From assembly GCA_021781455.1 (NCBI GenBank), contig JAJXWV010000041.1, forward strand, positions 75,484 to 139,483: 64,000 bases of DNA, written 5' to 3'. A program made the translations under genes and the position numbers. The stretch's first letter is position 1. Each line of letters opens with the position of its first letter. This document shows, in pieces, positions 38,305 through 48,245 of this stretch. Under the pieces are notes generated by a model. It was not told the origin of the DNA. It made no database searches and saw nothing but the letters and a program-made list of their open reading frames with translations. Source of the stretch: Acidobacteriota bacterium. Lineage in GTDB: Bacteria; Acidobacteriota; Thermoanaerobaculia; Gp7-AA8.

Positions 38305-40761
38305 ATGTCAGATCTTCTGCAGGCGCTCGACCGCTTTGAAATCGTCCGCATCCTCGGAAAAGGCGGCATGGGGACGGTATACCTCGCTCGCGACCCGCGC
38401 CTCGGCCGCTCGGTTGCCCTCAAGGTCCTCAACACCGAGGAGCTCGCCACCGATGAGCAGCGGACGCGGTTCTTGCGCGAGGCCCGCGTGGCTGCAGCCA
38501 TCCGTCACCCAAACGTCGCCACGATCTACGAGGTCGGCGAGACCGACGACGGGCGCCCTTACATCATCATGGAGTACTGCGAGGGCGAAACGCTGGCTCA
38601 GCGGCTGCGGCGCCGACCGCTCGATTCGGGCGAGTTCCTGGCGATCGCGCGCCAGATCACGGCGGGAGTCGCGGCGGCCCACGACAACCACGTCCTGCAC
38701 CGAGACATCAAGGCGGCAAACATCGTCATCGAGCCGACCGGAGCCGTCAAAATTCTCGATTTCGGTCTGGGGAAGCTGCTCGACCGCGATTTCTTTCCGG
38801 GAGAAAAGGCCTCGTTCGAGTCGACCAGCGGGCACTTCTTCGGCACGCTGCACTACCTCGCGCCCGAACAGGCCCGCGGACAGGCCGCGGACGTCCACAG
38901 CGATCTCTTCTCCATCGGCGTCGTCCTCTATCAGATGGCCTCCGGTCACCTGCCGTTCAACGCCGACTCGCCCCTGCTGGTTCTGGAGAAGATTCGCGAC
39001 AGCGAGCCCGAGGCGTTCGTTCCGGTCGATCCGGCGTTTCCTCCTTCCGCTGCGAAGATCATCGGCAGGCTCCTCCAGAAGAATCCTCAGGAGCGGTACC
39101 AGAGCGCGCACGAGCTCCTGGAAGAGCTGGACGGCATCGACGCGCCGACGCTGCGGTACTCGACGCGCCAGACGCGTTCGATGATCGGCCGCACGATCCA
39201 CCGGCCGCACCTCGGCCGCATCGCGCTCATCACCGCCGCTCTGCTGGCCGTGGCCGTCGGCTTCTTCTTCGTCTTCGAGTACGGCAACAAGCCTTCGCTC
39301 GTGACCGTGGCGGCGCCCGCTGCCCCTGGAGTGATCCACTCGATGGCCGTGCTTCCGCTCGAAAATCTCGCCAACAACCAGAAGGACGACTTTCTCTCCG
39401 TCGGTCTGGCAGACGCGCTGGTCACCAAGCTCCAGCAGATTCCAACGCTGCAGGTACGGCCGACGTCCGCAGTGCTGCAGTTCCGTGACGGAAAGACGGA
39501 CGTGAAGACGGCCAGCCAGAAGCTGCAGGTCGACGCCGTCTTGGAGGGTCACTTCCTCGCCGCGGGAGATCTGGTACGAGTGAACCTGCAGCTCACGGAT
39601 GCCAGGACCGGGTACAACGTGTGGGCCGATTCGATCGACGGCAAGCGCGGGAACCTGGTGAAGCTCATCGACGATGTCTCGGCGCGGACTCTCAGCGGCA
39701 TCGACCAGACGCTCGGGCTCGGCGAGCTGCGACAGACGGCCTCCGAGCCGCGCTCGAACAATCCGAAGGCCTTCGAGGCATACCTGAAGGCCCGCGCCCG
39801 CAACGGCACGCTCGTGCCGGCCGACTTCAACGCCGAAGTGGCTTCGCTCAAGCGGGCCATCGAGCTCGATCCGAATTTCGCGGCCGCGTATGCCGACCTG
39901 GCGATCACGCTTTCCCTCGGCACGGCTCGAAGCCTCACCCACGATCCGAACGTGCTGCAGAAAGCGGAGTGGTACGCCCGGCAGGCGGTGCGGCTGGACC
40001 CGAACCTTGCGGAAGCGCATCTCGCGCTGGGACGTGTGTTCGTCCGCTTTCCGGGCCGGTTCCGCGAGTCCGTGCGCGAGAACCTCGCCGCGCTGCGCCT
40101 CAATCCGAGCGAGCCACAGGCTCTCTGGACGATGACCGGCTACTTCGTCTCGACCGGCGAGCTGGAAAAGGCGCAGTGCGTCGGTGAACGGCTGGTGCGG
40201 ATCGATCCGATGTCGAACGAGGCCAAAACGCGTGGCTACTGGTACGTCAACGCGGTCGACCCGGAAGGAGCGCTGGAGAACGCGAAGGCGGCGATGGCCT
40301 CAAAGGACTCGGAACTGGCCGGCCACGACATCCGCGGTGTCGCGTACATCCTGCAGGGAAACATCGTTGCGGCGCAGGCCGAAGCCGATGCCGCTTCGGC
40401 GCTCGTGCCGTCGAGCTATCTGGGAAAGAGTCTGCGCGCCATGACGGCTGCGGCGCGTGGTGACCGTGCAGGGGCCGAGGCGGCCATCCGCTCCTTCGAG
40501 GCAGACGCAGAGCGGAACCACTGGGCGGCCATCCGAGTGGCCCTCTGCTATGCGAAGCTCGGCGACCGCGATCTCGCCATTCAGTGGCTGAAGAAATCAG
40601 CGGAGCTCGGCCACCACAGCTGGTACGAGCTGATCAAACATCCCTGGTTCCAGCCGCTGCAGAGCGACCCCGAGTTCCAGCAGATCGTGGCCGGAATCAA
40701 GGCCGATCTCGACGACGTCCGCGACGACGTGGTCGGCGTGTATCAGCTGATTTGCCACTGA
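38305..40761 (+). CDS. Ser/Thr protein kinase with TM, TolB-like and TPR regions
   Basis: LGKGGMGTVY, VALK, HRDIKAAN, DFG, APE; AVLPLENL; TPR helices. Confidence 0.93.
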   Translation: MSDLLQALDRFEIVRILGKGGMGTVYLARDPRLGRSVALKVLNTEELATDEQRTRFLREARVAAAIRHPNVATIYEVGETDDGRPYIIMEYCEGETLAQRLRRRPLDSGEFLAIARQITAGVAAAHDNHVLHRDIKAANIVIEPTGAVKILDFGLGKLLDRDFFPGEKASFESTSGHFFGTLHYLAPEQARGQAADVHSDLFSIGVVLYQMASGHLPFNADSPLLVLEKIRDSEPEAFVPVDPAFPPSAAKIIGRLLQKNPQERYQSAHELLEELDGIDAPTLRYSTRQTRSMIGRTIHRPHLGRIALITAALLAVAVGFFFVFEYGNKPSLVTVAAPAAPGVIHSMAVLPLENLANNQKDDFLSVGLADALVTKLQQIPTLQVRPTSAVLQFRDGKTDVKTASQKLQVDAVLEGHFLAAGDLVRVNLQLTDARTGYNVWADSIDGKRGNLVKLIDDVSARTLSGIDQTLGLGELRQTASEPRSNNPKAFEAYLKARARNGTLVPADFNAEVASLKRAIELDPNFAAAYADLAITLSLGTARSLTHDPNVLQKAEWYARQAVRLDPNLAEAHLALGRVFVRFPGRFRESVRENLAALRLNPSEPQALWTMTGYFVSTGELEKAQCVGERLVRIDPMSNEAKTRGYWYVNAVDPEGALENAKAAMASKDSELAGHDIRGVAYILQGNIVAAQAEADAASALVPSSYLGKSLRAMTAAARGDRAGAEAAIRSFEADAERNHWAAIRVALCYAKLGDRDLAIQWLKKSAELGHHSWYELIKHPWFQPLQSDPEFQQIVAGIKADLDDVRDDVVGVYQLICH

Positions 40762-40764
40762 CAC

Positions 40765-40868
40765 GAGTGCTGAGTACTGAGTGCTGAGTACTGAGTGGTG
40801 GAACCGGAAGCAGGCCTTTGTTGTGCTCGTGACACTCAGTACTCAGCACTCAGTACTCAGCACTCAGA
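40765..40868. repeat. Inverted heptamer array element (CTGAGTR ... YACTCAG)
   Basis: Same units as 3413-3942 with a ~35-bp spacer and no gene. Confidence 0.92.
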
Positions 40869-40936
40869 TCCCTTACTCGCCTCGATTCGTGACAGCCCTT
40901 ACCTCCTCCACCCGGTTCTGCGCCACAATTTGGATA

Positions 40937-41779
40937 ATGTCCCAATCTGCGGAGGAGGATCACGTGACCACGCGAACGATGATCGACTGCGAGACGGCTG
41001 CGGGCACCTGGCTGGAACGGCGATTCGACTGTCGACCGTCTGAAGGCGCCACGTTCGAGGCCGCGGTCCGCGAGCGCTTCGCCGCCGATCCGGCGATGCT
41101 GCACATGGCCGATGTCGTCCATGGAGCGATTTTCCCGGAGGATCTCTCCACGGCCGAGTCCCTCGGCCTGCGCCTCTGCCTCGGTGCCGCTGGAGACCTC
41201 GAGCTCGATTCCGCGGCGGTGTTCGATCACACGTGCTTCATCTTCGACGCGCTGCTGGCAAGCGCCAACGCCAAGATTGCTGCGCAGGAGCCGGTGTCCA
41301 CTGATCCTCTGCTCGAACCGGTCAGCGGACTGCCGAATAGTTTTCTCTTTCACGATCGCCTGGCGCAGGCCATCGCCAACGCTCATCGCCGCGATTCGGA
41401 GCTGGCGCTCTGCAGCGTTCAATTCGATTTCGCGAACACCGGCGAAGACCTGCCGCGAATCCTTCGCGAGCTCGCCGATCGCCTCAAGCACTCCGTGCGC
41501 GAAGTCGACACCGTGGCCCGCGTTGCGCGCGACGAGTTTGCGATCGTCGTCACCTCGCTGCGCCGGAGGCTCGACGCCTCGCATGCCCTGCAGACCATGT
41601 GGGACATGGCCTCGGAGCCGTTCGACGTCGGCGACCGCTGCTACCAGATTCCGGTCCGCATCGGCGTGGCCTTCTATCCGGCTCACGGTCATGACCCCGC
41701 ATCGCTGCTGGAATCCTCGCGCGCGGCCGCAGCGGCAGCGGATCCGGTCAGGGTGTTCGGAGAAGAAGAGGGCGGCTGA
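40937..41779 (+). CDS. GGDEF-like domain protein with degenerate motif
   Basis: EPVSGLPN, VREVDTVARVARDEF, IGVAFYP. Confidence 0.75.
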   Translation: MSQSAEEDHVTTRTMIDCETAAGTWLERRFDCRPSEGATFEAAVRERFAADPAMLHMADVVHGAIFPEDLSTAESLGLRLCLGAAGDLELDSAAVFDHTCFIFDALLASANAKIAAQEPVSTDPLLEPVSGLPNSFLFHDRLAQAIANAHRRDSELALCSVQFDFANTGEDLPRILRELADRLKHSVREVDTVARVARDEFAIVVTSLRRRLDASHALQTMWDMASEPFDVGDRCYQIPVRIGVAFYPAHGHDPASLLESSRAAAAAADPVRVFGEEEGG

Positions 41780-41821
41780 CCCTCTCGTCACTTTGAGCCG
41801 GCGCGGACGGCGGCCGGGACC

Positions 41822-42832
41822 TCAGCAGTTCGTCTTACCCGGCTTCCCTTCCGTCACTTCGAACATGCGGTGCAGCGCGCGCTCGGCAGGGATGCGGATG
41901 TCTTCCGGCACTTCGATCTCGTACTGCATCTTCTCGAGAGAGTCACGGACGTCTTCGAGCGAGGTGACCTTCATGAACGTGCAGAGCTTGCAGCCCTTCA
42001 CGAATTGCTTGTCCGGCACTTCCATCGCCAGGCGGTCGGAGAGACCGCATTCGGTCACGACGAGGAACCGCTTCGCCGACCGCTCCTTCGCATACCTGAC
42101 CATGCCCGAGGTCGAGAGCACGGCATCGGCCAGCCTGGCCACGTCCGGCCTGCACTCGGGATGAACGAGGATCTCGATCCCCGGGTCTGCCTCCCGAATG
42201 CGGCTGATCTCCTCCGGCGTGATCTGCTGGTGCACGTAGCAGAAGCCGTCCCACGGGATGATGTTCTTCTCCGGCACCTGCTCGGCGGCGTGGCTGGCGA
42301 GGTTCCGGTCGGGAACGAAGAGGATGTTCCTGTTGGGCAACGAGCGAACGACTTTCGCCGCGTTTGCCGATGTACAGATGACGTCCGAGAGCGCCTTCAC
42401 GGCCGCGGTGGTGTTGACGTAGCTGACGACGGCCAGATCGGGATACTGCTTCTTCAGCTCTTCGATGCGTGCGGCCAGATCCTCGGCAGGTGCGGAGTCG
42501 GCGAGCTGGCATCCTGCCAGGAGATTCGGCAGCAGCACCGTGCGCGTGGGGTTGAGGATCTTCGCCGTTTCGGCCATGAAGTGAACGCCGCAGAAGCAGA
42601 TGACATCGGCGTCCTTCACGCGCGAAGCCATCAGCGCCAGTTCCAGCGAGTCGCCGACGAAATCTGCGACCTTCAGGATTTCCGGCCGGTAGTAGTTGTG
42701 CGCGACGATGACCGCGTTCCGCTGTGCCTTGAGCGCGCGAATCTCCACATGGAGTGCCTCGAACTCACGGACGTCTTCGGTGGTGTAGTCGTACGTCTTG
42801 ACGCGGCTCAGTTCTTCCAGGAGCGTCGGCAT
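41822..42832 (-). CDS. nadA: Quinolinate synthase
   Basis: VAHNY, GDSLEL, FCGVHFMAETAKILNP, YVNT, HPEC. Confidence 0.96.
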   Translation of the reverse strand: MPTLLEELSRVKTYDYTTEDVREFEALHVEIRALKAQRNAVIVAHNYYRPEILKVADFVGDSLELALMASRVKDADVICFCGVHFMAETAKILNPTRTVLLPNLLAGCQLADSAPAEDLAARIEELKKQYPDLAVVSYVNTTAAVKALSDVICTSANAAKVVRSLPNRNILFVPDRNLASHAAEQVPEKNIIPWDGFCYVHQQITPEEISRIREADPGIEILVHPECRPDVARLADAVLSTSGMVRYAKERSAKRFLVVTECGLSDRLAMEVPDKQFVKGCKLCTFMKVTSLEDVRDSLEKMQYEIEVPEDIRIPAERALHRMFEVTEGKPGKTNC

Positions 42833-42922
42833 TGCCGTTCCTCAACGGAAGGCGAACGTCGCGCATTTCAACATGGAAAGCGGACGCGCTTGTCCTTCGA
42901 CTCCCGTCCTACCCGCTGCCCG

Positions 42923-43210
42923 CTACTCGCCACGCGCTTGTCTGAGCAGCACCACCGTCGCTCCCCAACCGCCGCCGGTCGGATCCGCGTCGTGGAATTC
43001 TTCGACGAAGTCGAGCTTCCCCAGCAGTGACTGCACGTTTGCGCGCTGCACGCCGATGCCGCGGCCATGGATCAGACGCACCTGCCGGAAGCCGCGCGCC
43101 CGCGCTTCGCGCAGGTACTCCTCGACGACGTCGCGAATTTCGCCTGGCCTAAACGGATGCAGGTCGAGCGTGTCCTCGATCGGGATCTCGACCGGCTCGT
43201 CGTCGTTCAT
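42923..43210 (-). CDS. Stand-alone Smr domain protein
   Basis: IEDTLDLHPF, VRLIHGRGIGV, GGWGATVV. Confidence 0.88.
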   Translation of the reverse strand: MNDDEPVEIPIEDTLDLHPFRPGEIRDVVEEYLREARARGFRQVRLIHGRGIGVQRANVQSLLGKLDFVEEFHDADPTGGGWGATVVLLRQARGE

Positions 43211-43683
43211 TCGAATTCGCGTTTCGGCGCCGCCTGCTCTCGTCCGACGCGCCCCGCCGAGATGTCGGCCACGAAGTAGTTCTCGCCGCGCATCGGAACG
43301 CCGGCCAGGCGACGCAGCATGGCGATCTGGCCGACGTGCGTCAGCGCATCCGCCACCGGTCCCTGAAAGATCCGCTCGACCGGAGCAACCAGCGGCCTGT
43401 CGGATGCGAGGAAGTCGTCGAACCTCCGCAGCGCGTCGTAGAAGCGGTCGCATTCGATGCTCCACGACTGCGGCGTGGAGTCCCGCCACTCCGGCAGTCC
43501 CGCGGCCATCGTCAGCGCCCACTCCAGCAGATCGGCGATGTGGGCCAGGATCGCTACTGGCGTGCGCGTGCCGCCGGCGAAGGATGCGAACGATTCCGGA
43601 GCGTCGCGCACCGCTTTTCCACCCCTGTACGCGAGCGTGGCCACGGTATGGCGCAACAAGTTACGGCGGGCGTCGCTGGGCAT
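43207..43683 (-). CDS. DinB-like hypothetical protein
   Basis: LRHTVATLAYR, ILAHIADL, DALTHVGQIAMLRR. Confidence 0.75.
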   Translation of the reverse strand: MPSDARRNLLRHTVATLAYRGGKAVRDAPESFASFAGGTRTPVAILAHIADLLEWALTMAAGLPEWRDSTPQSWSIECDRFYDALRRFDDFLASDRPLVAPVERIFQGPVADALTHVGQIAMLRRLAGVPMRGENYFVADISAGRVGREQAAPKREFE

Positions 43684-43737
43684 CGGAGCGGCAATTCTAT
43701 GCGATACTCTCGGCTTCAGTTCGAAGCTGAGGTCTCG

Positions 43738-44904
43738 ATGGTCCTGTTCAATCACGCCACTCGTGAGATGACCGCCAAGATCGTCTATTACGGTCCCGGC
43801 CTGTGCGGGAAGACGACGAATTTGATGGTCATCTTCGACAAGCTCGATCCCAAGCAGAAGGGAAAGATGCTTTCCCTCGCCACCAAGACGGATCGAACGT
43901 TGTTTTTCGACCTTTTGCCCGTCGATATCGGCAAGGTCGGCAATTTCAACCTCAAGATCCAGCTCTACACCGTCCCCGGGCAGGTCTTCTACAACGAGAC
44001 GCGCAAGCTGGTCCTCAAGGGCGCGGATTCGGTTGTGTTCGTCGCCGACTCGCAGCCCGCCATGGTCGACGCCAATCGCGAGAGCTTCGCCAACCTCATG
44101 GAGAACCTCGAAGCCAACCACATCGACGTCCAGGACACCCCGATCATCATCCAGTACAACAAGCGCGACATCCCCGGCGTGCTCCCGGTCGACCAGCTTC
44201 AGGAGCTCCTGGCGTTCGACGGTTATCCCTTTGCGGAGGCTTCCGCAGTCAAGGGTGAAGGGGTCATGGAGACCTTCAAGCTGGCCTCCAAGATCACCGC
44301 CAAGCACCTCATGAACCGGCTCAAGGGTGGCAAGAACGAGCCCGTTCGCAAGGTCGAGGTCAAGCCGGCGCCCGCACCCGCAGCGGCAAAGGGTAAGAAA
44401 GCCGCGCAGCCGCCCGCGGAAGCGCCCGCCCAGGAGGCTCCGCTGCACGGCCTGGCGTTCTCGGACGAACCGATTCCGACCGAAGCGCCGTCGAACCCCT
44501 TCGCCGACTCCGTTCCGTTCCCGGAGTCCGACGTCAATCCCCTCGACGCCGGCTACGAGAAGATGGAAGAGGTCTCCCTCGAGCAGCTTCTGATGGAAGG
44601 CCGCGAGCGCCCCGCGACGATGTCCGGCGCCGTACCGATTCCGGTCGAAGTCGAGGAAGTAGAAGAGCTCGCAGCCGACGAAATGGTCGCGGTCGTCGAG
44701 GAGTCGCCGGTGGCAGTGATGGAGCAGCCCCCACGGCCACCCCGGAAGGCCTCGGGCGACCGCGTCGAGGCACTGGAAGCCGAGGTCAAGGAGCTCAAGG
44801 CCCGCCTCAGCGCCCTGCGCGACGAGCGGCGCATCGCGCTCGAGGCCATCCTCCAGGACCTGAAGGAGCTGACTGAACGAGTTCGCACCCAGCTCGACGC
44901 ATGA
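43738..44904 (+). CDS. MglA-like small GTPase with long C-terminal extension
   Basis: KIVYYGPGLCGKTTNL, DRTLFFD, YTVPGQVFY, NKRD. Confidence 0.9.
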   Translation: MVLFNHATREMTAKIVYYGPGLCGKTTNLMVIFDKLDPKQKGKMLSLATKTDRTLFFDLLPVDIGKVGNFNLKIQLYTVPGQVFYNETRKLVLKGADSVVFVADSQPAMVDANRESFANLMENLEANHIDVQDTPIIIQYNKRDIPGVLPVDQLQELLAFDGYPFAEASAVKGEGVMETFKLASKITAKHLMNRLKGGKNEPVRKVEVKPAPAPAAAKGKKAAQPPAEAPAQEAPLHGLAFSDEPIPTEAPSNPFADSVPFPESDVNPLDAGYEKMEEVSLEQLLMEGRERPATMSGAVPIPVEVEEVEELAADEMVAVVEESPVAVMEQPPRPPRKASGDRVEALEAEVKELKARLSALRDERRIALEAILQDLKELTERVRTQLDA

Positions 44905-44968
44905 CCAGACGAAACAAGGACCGCGCGGCCCTCATCTCCGCGCAATGAACATTGGAGGACTGAACGAC

Positions 44969-45760
44969 ATGCGGCGCATTCTCCCCATTGCACTCGCCCT
45001 CTCGGTTGCACTCATCGGTTGTAAGGCCAAGGAGATGATGGACAAGGCGTCCATCGCCAGCGATCTCCACAAGCGCGGCACGGTGGACCTCATGAAAGAG
45101 GTTTCCGAGGACAAGTACACGCCGCCCGCCGACGGAAAGCTCACGGATGCTCAGGTGCAGATGTACCTGAAGGTGCGGGACCACGAGAAGCAGATCGCGC
45201 AGGTCGCAAAACAGGAACTGCAGCAGCATGCCGACGCCGCCAAAAAAGCCGGCGACAAGTCGATCGGCGGAATGATGGAAGGGTTCAAGGGCCTGAGCGC
45301 GCTCGGCGAGCTGGCCACCGCGGACGTCCGCGCCGCGAAGGACCTCAAGTACAACACGCAGGAATACCTGTGGGTCAAAGGCAAGATCCTCGAGGCCAGC
45401 ACCTCGGCGGCCGCGGAGAAGATGACCGAGGCCATGAACGCCAACATGGACGCGTCGTACCAGCAGATGAAGAAGTCCTACGACGAGGCCAAGGACGAGC
45501 AGACCAGGAAGGTCTACGCAGACATGCTCGCCAACTTCGACAAGTCGAAGCAGGAGATGGCCCAGAAGAAGGAGAAGGAAGATCCCGCATTGGCGTACAA
45601 CAGACAGCTCCTTTCGAAGTACGAGGGCGCGCTGAATGCCTGGGCGCAGGAAATGGCGAAATACGAAGACAAGCCCGGCGAAGCGCAGAAGAACGTCGAT
45701 CAGTGGTCGAAGGACGTGGACAAGAGCATCCAGGACGCGAAGGCGAAGGCGAAGCAGTAG
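44969..45760 (+). CDS. Helical lipoprotein, hypothetical
   Basis: GGAGG RBS; MRRILPIALALSVALIGC lipobox. Confidence 0.85.
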   Translation: MRRILPIALALSVALIGCKAKEMMDKASIASDLHKRGTVDLMKEVSEDKYTPPADGKLTDAQVQMYLKVRDHEKQIAQVAKQELQQHADAAKKAGDKSIGGMMEGFKGLSALGELATADVRAAKDLKYNTQEYLWVKGKILEASTSAAAEKMTEAMNANMDASYQQMKKSYDEAKDEQTRKVYADMLANFDKSKQEMAQKKEKEDPALAYNRQLLSKYEGALNAWAQEMAKYEDKPGEAQKNVDQWSKDVDKSIQDAKAKAKQ

Positions 45761-45782
45761 GCCTCCCCCAAGCTGGTTTTCG

Positions 45783-45810
45783 AAAACGGCGGCCGCGGGC
45801 CGCCGTTTTC
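45783..45810 (+). terminator. Intrinsic terminator
   Basis: AAAACGGCGGCC-gcg-GGCCGCCGTTTT. Confidence 0.8.
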
Positions 45811-45812
45811 TC

Positions 45813-45933
45813 TAGTGCTGATTCCTGAGTGCTGAGTACCGAGTTCCGCCGTGCGATCGAGCGCCTCGTTCCGCGTCTCGTACCTGTCGCCCCAATCGCC
45901 GACTCAGTACTCAGCACTCAGTACTCAGTACTA
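45813..45933. repeat. Inverted heptamer array element (CTGAGTR ... YACTCAG)
   Basis: Left arm 45813-45845, right arm 45902-45933. Confidence 0.9.
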
Positions 45934-45946
45934 AGATTCGCCCGCC

Positions 45947-47074
45947 ATGACCCACTTCCCTGCTCACCTGGAGTGCTCCGCCTGCTCGACAGCCTTTGCC
46001 ATTCACGACCTGCTGAACCTTTGCCCGCAGTGCAAGGGGCCGCTGCTGGTGCGGTACGACATCAAGCCTGATCCGCAGCTGCGCGCGAGAATTCGCGACC
46101 GTGCCGCCGACATGTGGCGGTATCGCGAGGTCCTGCCTGTCGATGACGATCGCGACATCGTCACCCTCGGCGAAGGCGTGACGCCGGTCCTCCAATCGAA
46201 CGAGTTTTCCAACGTCCTGATCAAGGACGAATCGAAGAACCCCACCCGCTCCTTCAAGTCGCGCGGGATGGCCGCTGCGGTGTCCATGGCCCGCAAGTTA
46301 GGCGCACGCAGCCTGGCCGCTCCCACGGCCGGCAACGCCGGCGCGGCGCTCTCTGCCTATGGCGCCCGCGCCGGGCTTCCCGTCTTCGTGGCCATGCCTC
46401 GTGACACACCGCAATCGATCGTCGACGAGTGTCGCAGCTACGGAGCACAGGTCGAGCTCGTGGCCGGCGTCATCACCGACGCCGGTAAGCGCGTGCAGCA
46501 GTACATCGCCGACAACGGTGGCTTCGACCTCTCGACGCTCAAGGAGCCCTACCGCGTCGAGGGAAAGAAGATCATGGGCTACGAGCTTCTCGACGACCTC
46601 GGCCGCCTGCCGGATGCGATTCTCTACCCCACCGGTGGTGGCACCGGCCTGATCGGAATGTGGAAGGCCTTCGAGGAGATGCAGAAGCTCGGCTGGATCG
46701 GAAGCGAGCGGCCGCGGATGTTCAGCGTGCAGTCGAGCGGCTGCGCTCCGATCGTGCGCGCGTTCCGCGAAGGGCTCGACCACGCGCCGGAATGGGAGTC
46801 GCCGCACACGGGCGCGTGGGGCCTTCGCGTCCCGCGGGCCATCGGCGATCGCCTGATGCTGCGCGCGCTGCGCGATTCGCATGGCGGTGCCGTGGCGGTC
46901 GAAGAGGACTCGATCGAAGCCGCCGCCGCCGCGCTGCGCGAGCGCGAAGGCGTCGATGCCGGTCCCGAGGCAGGGGCGGCCATGCTGGCGCTGAAGACAC
47001 TGCTCGATCAGGGCGTTCTCCGCCGCGACGAGACGGTCGTCGTCTTCAACACGGGCGGAAACAAGTACCACTGA
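45947..47074 (+). CDS. thrC: Threonine synthase family PLP enzyme
   Basis: N-terminal CxxC..CxxC, LGEGVTP, NPTRSFKSRG, PTGGGTG. Confidence 0.85.
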   Translation: MTHFPAHLECSACSTAFAIHDLLNLCPQCKGPLLVRYDIKPDPQLRARIRDRAADMWRYREVLPVDDDRDIVTLGEGVTPVLQSNEFSNVLIKDESKNPTRSFKSRGMAAAVSMARKLGARSLAAPTAGNAGAALSAYGARAGLPVFVAMPRDTPQSIVDECRSYGAQVELVAGVITDAGKRVQQYIADNGGFDLSTLKEPYRVEGKKIMGYELLDDLGRLPDAILYPTGGGTGLIGMWKAFEEMQKLGWIGSERPRMFSVQSSGCAPIVRAFREGLDHAPEWESPHTGAWGLRVPRAIGDRLMLRALRDSHGGAVAVEEDSIEAAAAALREREGVDAGPEAGAAMLALKTLLDQGVLRRDETVVVFNTGGNKYH

Positions 47075-47440
47075 GGGGGGCTGATACGGCCGTGGATGCG
47101 CGAGTGGCCAGCGGTGCGCCTGCACGCCGTTCGTCGGCGCGTCGATGGGTGACCTCAATCACCGGCCGGCGCTGACTCCCTCCATACGTTGACAGCACCG
47201 GAAGCGGTCCCGCCCACAATCCCGAACGCGGGACGTTCGGACAGTTCATCCCTGCGATTCCATACTCGCAGTTCATCGGGAAGACATCGGGCAGCACGAC
47301 TCCTGTGCTCACTCTGCAGCAGATCGCGTACAGAGCTTTTCTCCGTGAACTCTATGCCTCTGCGTCTCTGTGGTTGAAACTTTGGACCGAGGCTCGAGTG
47401 GTTGGGGATTTCTGCACAGCCTCGTGACGGTCTCACCATC

Positions 47441-48004
47441 TCACCAGCTGATCGTCCACTCGCATTCCGGGGCGTGCTCGGCCATACACCGGGTGTGGAT
47501 GACCGTCGGCGATACCCCCGTCATTTCGGCGATCTGCTCGATCCAGCCGGTCACTCGTGCGCACATGACCGGCTGCGGCGAGGGAAAGTCCGTCAGCCGG
47601 ATCACGGCGGACGTCGGCGTCTTCTGGTCGGCCGACATCCGCCCGGCGCTGTTCATCGTCGACCACATGGCGGTCGCCTTTCCGAGGACCACGTTCGTGC
47701 TGAGGACGCGGACGAAGACCCGGTACACGCCCTCCACGCCAGCCTTCGCCGAGAAGCGTCCTGCCCGTCGCGCGAACTGCGGCACCGGTTCACCGGCGGC
47801 ACTTGCAGCCTGGATAGTCAACGCGTTGAGCAGCGACATGGGATAGGTATTGGTGGCGAGGATCAGGCGCTTCGAGAGATCGTTGCGGTACGGCTGCGGC
47901 GCAGCCTGCAGAAGAGCCATGACTTTCTCGGGAGGCAGTGCCTGATCGAGAAACTTGAGGAAGCTGATGACTGTCTGCCCCTTCACGGACACTTCATCCG
48001 GCAT
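47441..48004 (-). CDS. Hypothetical protein with V4R/H-NOX-like C-terminus
   Basis: VKG start motif; ends HTRCMAEHAPECEWTISW. Confidence 0.7.
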   Translation of the reverse strand: MPDEVSVKGQTVISFLKFLDQALPPEKVMALLQAAPQPYRNDLSKRLILATNTYPMSLLNALTIQAASAAGEPVPQFARRAGRFSAKAGVEGVYRVFVRVLSTNVVLGKATAMWSTMNSAGRMSADQKTPTSAVIRLTDFPSPQPVMCARVTGWIEQIAEMTGVSPTVIHTRCMAEHAPECEWTISW

Positions 48005-48084
48005 GCGAGGCCTCTCGATCAAACCGTGAGTATGTTGGACCAGCTGCGATTTTACTCGCGCTGGAGCGCCGAATGTGGAGCGAT

Positions 48085-48150
48085 AAGGATGATGGATGAA
48101 GCTCATCGCAGCGCGACTGGGCAGCCCTCATCCCTCAGACCTCATCCCTC
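48085..48150. repeat. Degenerate inverted heptamer element (AGGATGA ... TCATCCC)
   Basis: aaggatgatggatgaag ... ctcatccctcagacctcatccc. Confidence 0.55.
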
Positions 48151-48245
48151 GACATGGTCACTTATAATGCCGCCCGCACGAACCGGGGGGCGCGTGCTTC
48201 CTGCCTGTCACCTCGGCTCGCCGTCTCTGAACGCGGAGGTATTCC

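Noticed and set aside
47075..47440. Small ORFs between thrC and the V4R-like gene
   Set aside because: No RBS or motif support in any frame; partly repeat-derived.
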